From Solirubrobacteraceae bacterium (GTDB lineage: Bacteria; Actinomycetota; Thermoleophilia; Solirubrobacterales; Solirubrobacteraceae), in the NCBI GenBank assembly GCA_034664905.1, contig JAXDGS010000015.1, positions 12,717 to 76,716 of the forward strand: DNA of 64,000 bases. The letters run 5' to 3'. The notes beneath the pieces are model-generated. The model was not told the origin of the DNA. It did no database searches and saw nothing but the letters and a program-made list of their open reading frames with translations. This document shows, one piece after another, positions 17,190 to 27,357 of this stretch; positions within the stretch are counted from its first letter, which is position 1, and every line of letters starts with the position of its first letter. The position numbers and the translations under genes were made by a program.

Positions 17190-19082
17190 TCAACCGACCG
17201 TGCTCGCGACGGCCTTCGAGCTCGCGAGCACGCGGCCCGTTTGGTCAAGCGCCTGCACGAGCACGAAGCGCGCGCGCTTCGGTGTGGCGATCGCCGTCTC
17301 AAAGCCCGTGCGCGCCGCCGCTGCGAGCAGCGAGAGGGAATGGGTCGAGCTGCCTCCGAAGACGCGCCAGGCGGTGGTGCGCGTGTCGCCGTTGAAGCTC
17401 GCATACACGGTCACCGGGCCGCCGCGCTTGGGCGCGAGCGAAACCGCGACAGGCGGCTGCGCAGGTGCGCCGGTCCACGCGAAACGGTAGGCGCGGTAGG
17501 ACTCGTAGCGACCCGCGAGGCGCGCGTCGAACAGCAGCGCGCCGGATGCGCTGAACTCGGAGAGGTAGGGCTGCGCGCCCCAGCCGATGAACACATCGCC
17601 GTTTTCGAGCACCTGCATGCTGCCCTGGCTGCCGGCCGAGAGTGCGGTCGGGTGTAGATACTGCGTGATCACGGTCTCTCCTGCGGTCGCGCTCAGGGCG
17701 AGAAGCAGACCGCGCGACTGGGAATGGATCTTGGGGTCTGCGCCGTTGTCGAAGACGCTGATCGCGCCATCGGGAAGGACGGTGGCATCGTGCTGGAAGC
17801 CGGTGCCCGCGCCGGGGGCGACCGGCACGTTGGAGTGCTTGCCGCCGATCCGTCGCAGCACGCGGCCGCTGAGTGCGTCGAGTTCGTACAGCGCGGAGGT
17901 GTTGCGCGCGGAGATCAGGAGCGTCGCGGGGGAGGGCGTGTCGAGCGAGTTGATGTGGAAGTAGTCGAACGGCCACACGGCGGTGGCTGTCCGTGGGTTG
18001 CTGTACGAGTCGCCGAGGGCCACGTGATCGATGCTGTGCCACTCGCGCCGCACGAGGCCGGTACTGATGTCGATTTCCTGAAAGCCGGAGTCCGTGACCG
18101 CTGCCGTGCGTGGGCCGCGAGCCGATGAGACGTCGCAGCTGAGCGGGTCGAACACCGTGAGCAGCGCGGTGCCGGCCGGGGTGATGCGGAAATCGTGCAG
18201 GTCGGCTTTCAATCCATTGCCGGCGCGGACGCGGCCGATCTGGCGGTATGAGCTGTTCATGATCACCTCTTCGCCCACGCCGAAGCCCTGTTCGGGTGCA
18301 TAGCCCTGCCACCAGGTGAGCACCGGCTGTAAGCCGTATCGCTGCACGCGCAGGTCGGCTGCTTCCATTCCGTGCGCCAGCGGGTCAAACCAGAGCAGCT
18401 TGCCGGCTTCGTCGAGGATCATCGGGCCGAGCACCTGCGGACCGTGCTGGGCGGTCGCGAAGATGTCGCCTGCGGCCGCCTGCGGCGCGCGCGCGAGCAG
18501 CTGGAGCGCGGGAGCGAGCAGGTCCGGGCGCGAGCGGAAGTGCTGCACGGTGGTCGGTTCGCGGGCGGAGGCGACGTTCCGCTTGTACGGCAGCGTGTCC
18601 TCGTGCGCGACGAGGAAGCGGAAGGAGAACGACCGTGTTCCCGCATTGGTCCTGACCCGGCCGGCGACCGTCACGGTCTCGCCCGGTGCGAACGCGCCCG
18701 ACGGCAGGAAGCTGGCGCCGTCGCGCTGCGAATAGCCGCGCAGACGCCCGCGGTGCGCGCCGCTTCGCGAGCCGCGCACGCGCACGCCGCCGAGCGCGCG
18801 TGGCGCGGCTCCGAGCAGGCTGATCTGCGTGTCGGGCGAAGCGCTGTAGGAGCCCGGCAGCGGGGAGACGGTGAGCCCTGTCCCCCCGGGGAGCACCGCC
18901 GAGCGGTTCAGCGCGGAGGGCACGCAGCGCGGCGAGACAGCCGCGGCTGCCTTCGCGGTGCCCGTGGCTGCGGCGTGCGCAGACGGCGCCCGGGCGAGCG
19001 CGAGGGTGAGCGCAAAGGCGAGGAATGCCAGCGTGCGGCGCGGGCTCGCGCGAGTCGGCCGAGTCGCCGCCCGCGGCTTCAC
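17190..19082 (-). CDS. Secreted arylsulfotransferase (ASST family)
   Basis: Signal peptide (PSAHA), RSRPDL, LTWWQG, DLHDF, DYFHINS, QHDA, FDNG, SQGS, SYRAYR. Confidence 0.9.
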   Translation of the reverse strand: MKPRAATRPTRASPRRTLAFLAFALTLALARAPSAHAAATGTAKAAAAVSPRCVPSALNRSAVLPGGTGLTVSPLPGSYSASPDTQISLLGAAPRALGGVRVRGSRSGAHRGRLRGYSQRDGASFLPSGAFAPGETVTVAGRVRTNAGTRSFSFRFLVAHEDTLPYKRNVASAREPTTVQHFRSRPDLLAPALQLLARAPQAAAGDIFATAQHGPQVLGPMILDEAGKLLWFDPLAHGMEAADLRVQRYGLQPVLTWWQGYAPEQGFGVGEEVIMNSSYRQIGRVRAGNGLKADLHDFRITPAGTALLTVFDPLSCDVSSARGPRTAAVTDSGFQEIDISTGLVRREWHSIDHVALGDSYSNPRTATAVWPFDYFHINSLDTPSPATLLISARNTSALYELDALSGRVLRRIGGKHSNVPVAPGAGTGFQHDATVLPDGAISVFDNGADPKIHSQSRGLLLALSATAGETVITQYLHPTALSAGSQGSMQVLENGDVFIGWGAQPYLSEFSASGALLFDARLAGRYESYRAYRFAWTGAPAQPPVAVSLAPKRGGPVTVYASFNGDTRTTAWRVFGGSSTHSLSLLAAAARTGFETAIATPKRARFVLVQALDQTGRVLASSKAVASTVG

Positions 19083-20839
19083 CCGGTCGTCGCCGCCACC
19101 GTCTTTGAGGTGGCGAGCACCTTGCCGGCTGCGCTCAGGGCGCGCACCTGGAACAGTGCGGCGCTCGGCGCTGCGATCGCCGTCTCAAAGCCCGTCCTGG
19201 GGGCGGTCGAGATGACCGCGAGCTTGCTCTGGCTCGCGCCCGCGAGCAGCTGCCACGAGGCCACCGTGGTTGCGCCGTTCCAGCTTGCGTATACGGTGCT
19301 CGCGGCGCCTGCGTGCGTCGCGAGGATGCTCGGAGCGGTGAGCGGTCGCCCGTTCCACGGCAGGCGGTACACGCGGTAGCTGAACTCGCCGTGAGGCAGC
19401 TGTGCGTCGAAGGTGACGTTGCCGAGAGCGTCGAATTCGGTGAAGTTGGGGAGCCCGCCCCAGCCGACCATGAAGCCGCCGCCGGGGAGCGCCTGGGTGT
19501 TGCCCTGGCTGCCCGTGATCAGCGGCGTCGGCGTGCGTATTAGCGAGCGCACGAGCGTGGCGGTCTTCGCCTTGTAGTCGAGTTTCACGAGCTCGCCGCG
19601 CGACGGGCCGTTGACGGTCGGCGCGCCCTCGTCATCGAACAGGCTCAGTGTGCCGTCCGGTGAGAGTTCCGCGTTGTGCTGGTAGGCGAACGGGACCCCG
19701 GTGCCGAGCTTGAAGGTGCTCTTCTTGCCGCCAAGCTGCCACGCGATGTGTCCGTTTCGAGCATCGATCTTGTAGATGCCCCACGTGTTGCGCGCGGAGA
19801 TCACGAAGTTGCCTTCGCCGAGCATCTGAGCGGAGTTGATGTGGAAGTAGTCGAAGTAGCCGGCCGGGCTGCTCGGAGGTTTGGAGTAGGAGTCCGAGAG
19901 ATCGACGTGGCCGAGGCTCCGCCATTCCCACATGACCAGACCCGTGTGGATATCGACACGCTGCAACACGCAGTCGACGGCGGTCCCACTCGCCGGCCCC
20001 CCGGCGGAGGAAAGGCTCGCCTGGACCGGCATGTAGCCGAGGACGATCGCCGAGCCGTCCGGGAGGACGGTGAACTCGTGCTCGTCGGTCGGCATGCCGT
20101 TGCCGGCTTTGACGACCGCGACGGTCTTGTAGTTCGCGTTGGCGATCACCGCCTCTCCTATCCCGTAGCCGAGGATCAGCGTTTTGCCCTGCCACCAGGT
20201 GAGGTCGTTCTTGCCGTGGAACAGCTGCGTGCGGAAGTCGGCGGCGTCCTCGCCTTCGCGGACCTTGCGGAACCACACGAGATGGCCGGCGTTGTCGAAG
20301 ATCATCGGGCCCCATTGCCCGGGGCCGAGGAACGGCGCGGCGAACAGCTCGCCGGGAGCGTTGACGGCGCTCGCCGCCTGGTGGACCGTGATCGTCGGCG
20401 GATGCAGATCCGGTTCGGAGGCGAAGTTCTGGACGTCGGCAGCGGTGCCGGGCGCCGTCGGGAACTCGCCCGTTGGCGGTGCGACGGGGGTGGCGATCGT
20501 GAAGTGGGTTGCGATCGTGAAGAGTGCGCGTCCGAGCTTCACGCGCGCACGCACGCTGACCTGCTCGCCGGGCGTGAAGCCTCGGCTCGGCAAGAAGCTC
20601 GCGCCGGCGGCGGAGGAGTAGGAGCGGAGCCTGCCGGTGTGGCGGCCGCTGCGCGAGCCGACGACCGAGATCGAGCGCAGTGCGCCGGCGGAGGCGCCGA
20701 GGAAGCTGATCTGGGTCTGCGGCATCGCCTCCGGGGTGCCGGGAAGCGGCGAGATCGTCACCGCTGAGGCCGAGCCGGCGGTGCTCAGGGCGATCAGCAG
20801 GGGCAGCAAAAAAAGCGCGGTGCGCTTGTGGTTGGTCAT
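19079..20839 (-). CDS. Secreted arylsulfotransferase (ASST family), paralog
   Basis: GGAG RBS, signal peptide (SASA), LTWWQG, DEHEF, DYFHINS, QHNA, SQGN, SYRVYR; GTGA overlap with the paralog. Confidence 0.9.
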   Translation of the reverse strand: MTNHKRTALFLLPLLIALSTAGSASAVTISPLPGTPEAMPQTQISFLGASAGALRSISVVGSRSGRHTGRLRSYSSAAGASFLPSRGFTPGEQVSVRARVKLGRALFTIATHFTIATPVAPPTGEFPTAPGTAADVQNFASEPDLHPPTITVHQAASAVNAPGELFAAPFLGPGQWGPMIFDNAGHLVWFRKVREGEDAADFRTQLFHGKNDLTWWQGKTLILGYGIGEAVIANANYKTVAVVKAGNGMPTDEHEFTVLPDGSAIVLGYMPVQASLSSAGGPASGTAVDCVLQRVDIHTGLVMWEWRSLGHVDLSDSYSKPPSSPAGYFDYFHINSAQMLGEGNFVISARNTWGIYKIDARNGHIAWQLGGKKSTFKLGTGVPFAYQHNAELSPDGTLSLFDDEGAPTVNGPSRGELVKLDYKAKTATLVRSLIRTPTPLITGSQGNTQALPGGGFMVGWGGLPNFTEFDALGNVTFDAQLPHGEFSYRVYRLPWNGRPLTAPSILATHAGAASTVYASWNGATTVASWQLLAGASQSKLAVISTAPRTGFETAIAAPSAALFQVRALSAAGKVLATSKTVAATTG

Positions 20840-20977
20840 CAGTTCTCCCCGACGCGCTGGCATGGACGCGTGCATCCTACGCGCTCGCTCCGAAGGATGA
20901 GAGGGTTCACATCTGCTTGGACACGGCAAACGGAGCCAGAGTTGCGAGCAGCGGCGGGCTGCCGCGCGGCGCGCGTC

Positions 20978-22615
20978 CTAGAAGACCGGCGTCTCGGTGT
21001 AGTCGCCGAAGACGCGCTGAAGCGAGGCGATGATCTCGCCCTCGGAGGCGCGGACGCGGGCGCAGGCGATCAGTGCGTCCATGAGGTTGCGGTCGGGGCT
21101 CGCGGCATCCTCGCGCAGGGTCGCGAGGCTCTGCTCGACCGCCGCGCCGTCGCGCCGCGCGCGGGTCGCGTGCAGCCGGCCGACCTGCTTGCGTTCGAGG
21201 TCGGGGTCGATGCGCAGCGTGGGGATCGGCTGCTCGTTCGGGGCGACGAAGCTGTTGACGCCGACGACGATCCGCTCGCCCTCGTCGATCTGCTGCTGCA
21301 GGCGGAAGGCAGCGTCGGCGATCTCGCGTTGGGGGAAGTTGCGCTTGACGGCCTCGACCATGCCGCCGAGCGCGTCGATCTTCTCGAAGTACTCGAGGCA
21401 GCGCTGTTCCATCTCGTCGGTGAGTGCCTCGACGAAGTAGGAGCCGCCGAGCGGGTCGGCGGTGCTCGTGACCCCGGTCTCGTGCGCGATCATCTGCTGC
21501 GTGCGCAGCGCGATCGTGACCGCCTCCTCGGTTGGTAGCGCGAGCGCCTCGTCATAGGAGTTGGTGTGCAGCGATTGGGTCCCGCCGAGCACCGCGGCGA
21601 GCGCCTCGATTGCGGTCCGCACGATGTTGTTCAGCGGTTGCTGTGCGGTGAGGCTGACGCCTGCGGTCTGCGCGTGGAAGCGCATCTGCAGCGAGCGCGG
21701 GTCCTTGGCGCCGAATCTCTCCCGCAGCTCGCGCGCCCAGATCCGCCTTGCGGCGCGGTACTTGGCGATCTCCTCGAAGAAGTCGATCTGCGCGTTGAAG
21801 AAGAACGACAGGCGCGGCGCGAACTCGTCGACGTCGAGGCCGCGCGCGACCGCCTGCTCGACGTACGTGAGCCCGTCCTTGAGCGTGAACGCGAGCTCCT
21901 GCTGGGCGGTGGAGCCGGCCTCGCGGATGTGATACCCGGATATCGAGATCGGATGCCAGCGCGGCATGTTGCGCGTGCACCACTCGATCATGTCGCCGCA
22001 CAGGCGCATCGCTGGGTCGATCGGAAAGCACCACTCCTTCTGCGCGATGTACTCCTTTAGAATGTCCGCCTGGATCGTGCCGGAGAGCCGCTCGGCGGCG
22101 GCGGGGTGCACGGGGTCGGATTCGGCGGCGACGATGTAGAAGGCGAGCATGATCGCGGCGGGGGCGTTGATCGTCATCGAGACCGACACCTCGCCCAGGT
22201 CGATGCCGGAGAACAGCGTCTGCATGTCATCGAGCGTGTCGATCGCGACGCCCTCCCTGCCGACCTCGCCGAGCGAGCGCGGATGGTCGGAGTCGTGGCC
22301 CATCAGCGACGGCATATCGAACGCGGTCGAGAGCCCCGTCTGGCCGTGGTCGAGCAGGTAGCGGAAGCGCTCATTGGTCTCCTCGCTCGTCCCGAAGCCG
22401 GCGAACTGGCGCATCGTCCAGAGCCTTCCGCGGTACATGGAGGAGTGGATGCCGCGGGTGAACGGATACTCGCCGGGCCTTCCGATCGGATCGTCCGCGG
22501 TGCCGATCCCCGCAGGAAGGTCCTCGGGCGTGTACAGCTCGCGCACGGGCTCGTCCGAGAGCGTGGCGAAGGCCGCCTTGCGTGCCTTCGACGAGGGTCT
22601 TGCGCTGATTGCCAT
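20978..22615 (-). CDS. icmA: B12-dependent acyl-CoA mutase large subunit, isobutyryl-CoA mutase type
   Basis: [14 protein letters not shown] (Phe at the MCM Tyr89 position), KEYIAQKEW (Gln at the MCM Arg207 position), ISISGYH, QSLHTN; no B12-binding domain. Confidence 0.85.
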   Translation of the reverse strand: MAISARPSSKARKAAFATLSDEPVRELYTPEDLPAGIGTADDPIGRPGEYPFTRGIHSSMYRGRLWTMRQFAGFGTSEETNERFRYLLDHGQTGLSTAFDMPSLMGHDSDHPRSLGEVGREGVAIDTLDDMQTLFSGIDLGEVSVSMTINAPAAIMLAFYIVAAESDPVHPAAAERLSGTIQADILKEYIAQKEWCFPIDPAMRLCGDMIEWCTRNMPRWHPISISGYHIREAGSTAQQELAFTLKDGLTYVEQAVARGLDVDEFAPRLSFFFNAQIDFFEEIAKYRAARRIWARELRERFGAKDPRSLQMRFHAQTAGVSLTAQQPLNNIVRTAIEALAAVLGGTQSLHTNSYDEALALPTEEAVTIALRTQQMIAHETGVTSTADPLGGSYFVEALTDEMEQRCLEYFEKIDALGGMVEAVKRNFPQREIADAAFRLQQQIDEGERIVVGVNSFVAPNEQPIPTLRIDPDLERKQVGRLHATRARRDGAAVEQSLATLREDAASPDRNLMDALIACARVRASEGEIIASLQRVFGDYTETPVF

Positions 22616-22704
22616 GGCCGGCGTCAATGCTACTCGCCGGGTTGGTGCTCGGAGGGCGATGCGTGGCGTCGCCGGGCACGCGGTAGTTTGCGTAAGCACT
22701 GGTG

Positions 22705-24159
22705 ATGCGCAAGGAGCTCAGCCGGCTGGTGGGCGCAGAGCATGTGCTCGACGTCGCAGCGGACTCGCCTTACAACCGCGACGCGGCGCGCCGGCGGGGA
22801 CTGGAGGGCCGCGCGGACGCGGTCGTGCTGCCGGCGAGTGCGCAGGAGGTCGCGGCGGTGCTCGCGTGGTGCTACGGGCACGACGTGCCGATCGTCGCCC
22901 GGGGCGGCGGCACCGGGCTCGCGGGTGGAGCGCTCGCGAGTCACGGCGGCGTGGTGTGCTCGCTCGAGCGGCTGCGAGCTGTGCGCGAGCTCGAGCCGGC
23001 GCTGTGGCGGATCCTTCCGGAGGCGGGTGTGAGCACGCGACACGTGCAGCGCCTGGCGCGCGAGAACGGCCTGTTCTTCGCACCCGATCCGGGCGCTGCG
23101 GAGCAGTCGCAGATTGGCGGCAACGTGGCGACGAACGCGGGCGGCCCGCACGCGTTGAAGTACGGCGTGACGGGCTCGTGGGTGTCGGGAATCGAGGCGG
23201 TGCTCGCGCCAGGGGAGCTCGTGCAGCTGGGCGGATGGGCGGGCAAGGACGTGGCGGGCTATGACCTGAAGAGCCTGCTGATCGGCTCGGAGGGCACGCT
23301 CGGGGTGATCACGGCGGTGAAGCTGCGGCTGCTGCCGGCTCCCGAGGCAGCGATCGCGTTGGTGCTGTTCCTACGCGACCTGGCCGAGGGATGCGCTGCG
23401 ATCGCGGCGGTGTTCGCTGCGGGCCTGCGCCCGTCGGTCCTCGACTTCATCGACGGCGAGACGCTCGCGATCGTGGCCCGGGCGTATCCCGCGGCGAGCA
23501 TGCGCTCGCGCAGCGCGGACACGGGCGTGCCGGCGGCGGCTGGATTCGCGTTGATCGCGGAGCTCGACGGCACCCGCGCTGAGGCGCAAGCGCAGTGCGA
23601 GGCGCTGATGGAGCTGCTTGGCGACGCGGCGGTCGACGTACACGAACCGCTGGATGCGCAGGCGCTGTGGCGATGGCGCGACGGCTTCAATCCGGCTGTC
23701 ACCGCTGTTCGTGGCGGGAAGGTGAGCGAGGACGTGGTGTTCCCGTTCGAGCGGCTGCAGGAGGGCCTCGAGCGCTTCGCTGAGATCGCGGCGCGCCACG
23801 GCATGCGCTCGTGCGCGTGGGGGCACGGCGGCGAGGGCAACGCGCATGCGACGGTGCTCGTGGACCCGGAGAGCGGGGAGGAGCTCGACGCGGCGCAGCA
23901 GATCGGCGAGGAGCTGTTCGCGCTGGTCGTCGCGCTCGGCGGCTCGATCGCGGGGGAGCATGGCGTTGGCTCGATCAAGAGCGGGCTGCTTCAGGACCAG
24001 TGGGACCCACGCGCGGTCGAGCTGCACGAGCAGATCAAGCGTGCGTTTGACCCGAAGGGCCTGCTCAATCCGGGGACGAAGCTTGCACGCTACGCTGCGG
24101 GCCCGCCGACCAGCTCTGCAGAGATACGAAAGGACTCAAGCGATGGCGCACGTCGATGA
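22705..24159 (+). CDS. FAD-linked oxidase/dehydrogenase (GlcD/VAO-PCMH family)
   Basis: [60 protein letters not shown]. Confidence 0.93.
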   Translation: MRKELSRLVGAEHVLDVAADSPYNRDAARRRGLEGRADAVVLPASAQEVAAVLAWCYGHDVPIVARGGGTGLAGGALASHGGVVCSLERLRAVRELEPALWRILPEAGVSTRHVQRLARENGLFFAPDPGAAEQSQIGGNVATNAGGPHALKYGVTGSWVSGIEAVLAPGELVQLGGWAGKDVAGYDLKSLLIGSEGTLGVITAVKLRLLPAPEAAIALVLFLRDLAEGCAAIAAVFAAGLRPSVLDFIDGETLAIVARAYPAASMRSRSADTGVPAAAGFALIAELDGTRAEAQAQCEALMELLGDAAVDVHEPLDAQALWRWRDGFNPAVTAVRGGKVSEDVVFPFERLQEGLERFAEIAARHGMRSCAWGHGGEGNAHATVLVDPESGEELDAAQQIGEELFALVVALGGSIAGEHGVGSIKSGLLQDQWDPRAVELHEQIKRAFDPKGLLNPGTKLARYAAGPPTSSAEIRKDSSDGARR

Positions 24160-25393
24160 GCTCGAGCTCGCCTCGTTCGACCACACCGACCAGTCGGTGC
24201 GCGGCGAGGCCTTTCACCGCGCGATGGCAGAGCTGCGCGAGCAGGGCTGGCTCGCGCAGGGACCGTTCGGCTACATAGCGCTCGACCGCGAGTCTGCGGA
24301 GTTCTTCCTGCGCACGCGCTCGGCGATCTTCCCTGGGATGCAGATCGCGGAGATCTTCGGCGTGAGCGACGGTGCGCTGTATGAGCAGATGAAGCGCAAC
24401 GTGTTGCATGTGAACGGTGCGGACCACACGCGCCTGCGCAGCCTCGTGAACCCTGCGCTCTCACCGCGCGCGGTGGAGCGCTACAGGCCCGAGATGAGAG
24501 GCTTCCTCGAAGAGCTGCTCGAGCAGGCGGTCGCGAGCTCCGCGGAAGCAGACGACGCGCGCGTGCGCTGTGAGTTCGTCGAGGCGTTCGCGAAGCCGTA
24601 TCCGTCGCTGGTGATCGCGGCGGTGATGGGCGCGCCGCTCGAGGATGCACCGAAGCTTCACCATTGGTCGAACTGGATCCAGAAGCAGTTCGACGCTGGC
24701 AGCATGGCGAGTGAGCGAGATGAGATCGAGCGGGCTGTCGCGGAGTTCTACGAGTACGCGGAGCAGCTCTTGCGTGCGCGCCGTCGCAACCCGGGTGACG
24801 ATCTCATCTCGAAGCTGATCGCGGCAGAGGAGCAGGGCGATCGACTCTCGGACGTGGAGTGCATCAATCTCGTGTTCAACGTGCTCGTGGGCGGGGTGGA
24901 CACGAGCCAGAGCCAGCTTGCGCACGCGATCAGGCTGCTGGCGGAACACCCGGATCAATGGCACGCGCTCAAGCAGGATCCGACGCTCGCCGAGCGTGCG
25001 GTGGAGGAGGCGCTTCGCTACGAGCCGATAACGCCGTTTACCGCACGCATCCTCACCGAGGAGATCTCCTACCGGGACGTGACGTTTCCGGAGGGGACGA
25101 TCATGATGGTGTGCGCGTTCACGGGCAACCGCGACCTCGCGCAGGACGAGGTCGGAGATCAGGGCGCGGACGCGTTTGACATCACCGCGGACCGCGGCCG
25201 CGCGCGCGCGTTGACGTTCGGCGCGGGTGTGCACTACTGCCTCGGCGCGAATCTCGCGAAGCTCGAGCTGCAGGAGGGCCTCGCGTTCCTGGCCGAGCGC
25301 ATGAACGATCTCAGGCTCGACGCGGAGCCGGAGTACGGGACCATCTCCGGCATCTACGGACTGGAGCGGCTGCCGATCAGCTTCTCGCTGTAG
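24143..25393 (+). CDS. Cytochrome P450
   Basis: HTRLR, I-helix VGGVDTS, EALR, heme motif FGAGVHYCLG. Confidence 0.95.
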   Translation: MAHVDELELASFDHTDQSVRGEAFHRAMAELREQGWLAQGPFGYIALDRESAEFFLRTRSAIFPGMQIAEIFGVSDGALYEQMKRNVLHVNGADHTRLRSLVNPALSPRAVERYRPEMRGFLEELLEQAVASSAEADDARVRCEFVEAFAKPYPSLVIAAVMGAPLEDAPKLHHWSNWIQKQFDAGSMASERDEIERAVAEFYEYAEQLLRARRRNPGDDLISKLIAAEEQGDRLSDVECINLVFNVLVGGVDTSQSQLAHAIRLLAEHPDQWHALKQDPTLAERAVEEALRYEPITPFTARILTEEISYRDVTFPEGTIMMVCAFTGNRDLAQDEVGDQGADAFDITADRGRARALTFGAGVHYCLGANLAKLELQEGLAFLAERMNDLRLDAEPEYGTISGIYGLERLPISFSL

Positions 25394-25596
25394 CGCGCGC
25401 GCCGGCATGCACGCGCTTGCGTCGCGGGAGGTCGCGCTCGGCGCCGTGACCTGCGACCCGACGCAGTCCGAGGGGAGAAACCCCGAAATGAGGTAGGGCG
25501 CTGTGCTCACCGCGTGTCGATACCTGCTCGGCGGAGGCGCCCACCGCTCACTTTGGGAGGGGGGTCACGGAAGGCCGACGCACGACAAGGGAACCG

Positions 25597-27318
25597 ATGC
25601 CAACTCGAATCCTCAGAAGCACAATCCTCGTGCTCGGCGCGCTGCTGATGCTCGCAAGCGCCGCGAATGCGGGGAAATACCACGTCTATAGCTGCCGTAC
25701 CCCGGCCGGCGCGAGTGCTCCGGCGGATGGGTGGAGCGGGACTAAGGAAGGCACGCGCACTTACAAGGCAAATACTTGCCAGACGGGCGGGGCTCTGGTC
25801 GCGGCGCTTGAAGATCAGACGATCCACACAGCGAATGCCGACATCGCGACATGGGCGTTCGGCGTACCTATGGGTGAGCAGATGGTCGGAGCAACGCTGT
25901 GGCGCGCCGGAGGCGCTTACGGGCCTGGCACCGTTAACGCAATATATGGATTGTGGTTCGCAGGACCCGAACATGTCGACAATCCCGCGAACGCATTTGG
26001 TCAATGCTTCGGCACATCGACATGGTGTCTCTCCGGCGTCGAGAATCCGGTCCAGGCTTTTTCTGCCGAAAATCGCTTAGCGGTCGCAGCCCAACACTGG
26101 GGCGCCCATCTTTACCTGAGTGCATCGTGTTCTGGTGAATCGGGATTCACGTGCCCGGCAGCTACCGGCGACGCAAACAACTACGCCGCCGTCGTCTACC
26201 TCTACGCCGCCGACATCACCCTCGAACAGACGGCTGGCCCGAGCATCGGGCCCGTCAGCGGCGAACTTGCGAGCGCTCCGTCGGTCGGCGGGACCAGCGA
26301 CATAGTCCTCAGCGCGAGCGATCCCGGATCGGGGGTATACGAGGCGGTGTTCAGCGCCGACGGAAATGTCGTGCAGAGCACGGTGCTCAACGACAACGGA
26401 GGTAAATGTAGGAACGTAGGTGAAACGTCCGACGGCCTGCCGGCCTTCCTCTACACCCAGCCGTGCATCGGAGCGTTGAGCGCGACCAGCGTGGGATTCG
26501 ACACCACGAGGCTGGCCAACGGAGCCCACCACCTGATCGTCAACGTGCTCGATGCTGCAGGGAACGCCTCGACTGCGCTTGATCGGACGGTGACGGTCTC
26601 GAACCCCTCGCCGCTTGCCGCCGGCTCTGGAGCTCTCACCACTGCAGTTCCCGGCCTTGGAGCGGTCAATGGCGTGAACGCCTCCGCGCAGGCGACGCTC
26701 ACGGTTGCGTGGAAGGGCACGAAGGGTCCGCGCTTGGTCTGTCGCTATGGCCACGTCGCGACGATCGAAGGCCGGCTGAACGGTCCCGGCGGCTTGCCGA
26801 TCATGGGCGCGCAGGTGGAAGTGCTCGCCATGCCCGCGTACAGCGGCGCGAAGGCGCTGGCGATGACCGCGGTGAAAACCGACGCGGCCGGTCGCTTCAG
26901 CTTGCGCCTTCCGAGCGCGGTCTCCTCTCGCACCCTGCGGTTCGCGTATCGGACGCACGTCGGCGACGCGATTGCAGCCGCCACGCGTTCCCTGACGCTG
27001 GCTGTACGCGCCGGCGTTTCGATGAAGATCTCCCCGCACACCGCGAGCGTGGGACACAGGATCACGTTCAGCGGTCGCCTGCTCGGCATGCCGATCCCGC
27101 GGGGCGGCAAGCAGCTTGTGCTCGAGGCGCGCTCCGGCGGAGGCTCCTGGATCCAGTTCCACGTGATTCGCACGGACTCGCATGGGCGCCTGCGTGCGAC
27201 CTACCGCTTCCGGCTCCCCGGGCCCGCGGTCTACCAGTTCCGTGTGCACTCGGAAGTCGAGGCCGACTACCCCTACGCGTCCGGCGACTCCAACACCGTG
27301 ACCGTGCACGAGCGCTGA
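25597..27318 (+). CDS. Secreted Cys-containing multi-domain protein (putative surface protein, Ig-like C-terminal domains)
   Basis: Signal peptide (SAANA), several Cys pairs, DPGSGV...DAAGN Ig-like motif, basic beta-rich C-terminal domains. Confidence 0.8.
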   Translation: MPTRILRSTILVLGALLMLASAANAGKYHVYSCRTPAGASAPADGWSGTKEGTRTYKANTCQTGGALVAALEDQTIHTANADIATWAFGVPMGEQMVGATLWRAGGAYGPGTVNAIYGLWFAGPEHVDNPANAFGQCFGTSTWCLSGVENPVQAFSAENRLAVAAQHWGAHLYLSASCSGESGFTCPAATGDANNYAAVVYLYAADITLEQTAGPSIGPVSGELASAPSVGGTSDIVLSASDPGSGVYEAVFSADGNVVQSTVLNDNGGKCRNVGETSDGLPAFLYTQPCIGALSATSVGFDTTRLANGAHHLIVNVLDAAGNASTALDRTVTVSNPSPLAAGSGALTTAVPGLGAVNGVNASAQATLTVAWKGTKGPRLVCRYGHVATIEGRLNGPGGLPIMGAQVEVLAMPAYSGAKALAMTAVKTDAAGRFSLRLPSAVSSRTLRFAYRTHVGDAIAAATRSLTLAVRAGVSMKISPHTASVGHRITFSGRLLGMPIPRGGKQLVLEARSGGGSWIQFHVIRTDSHGRLRATYRFRLPGPAVYQFRVHSEVEADYPYASGDSNTVTVHER

Positions 27319-27357
27319 GCTCACCTCCGCCGCAAAGCGTCCAATAACCTGCTTGCG

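Noticed and set aside
22616-22704. Cobalamin riboswitch upstream of the B12-dependent mutase
   Set aside because: Only 89 bp of divergent intergenic space and no B12-box motif visible.
25680-26170. Diversity-generating retroelement target
   Set aside because: No reverse transcriptase and no template repeat seen in the window.
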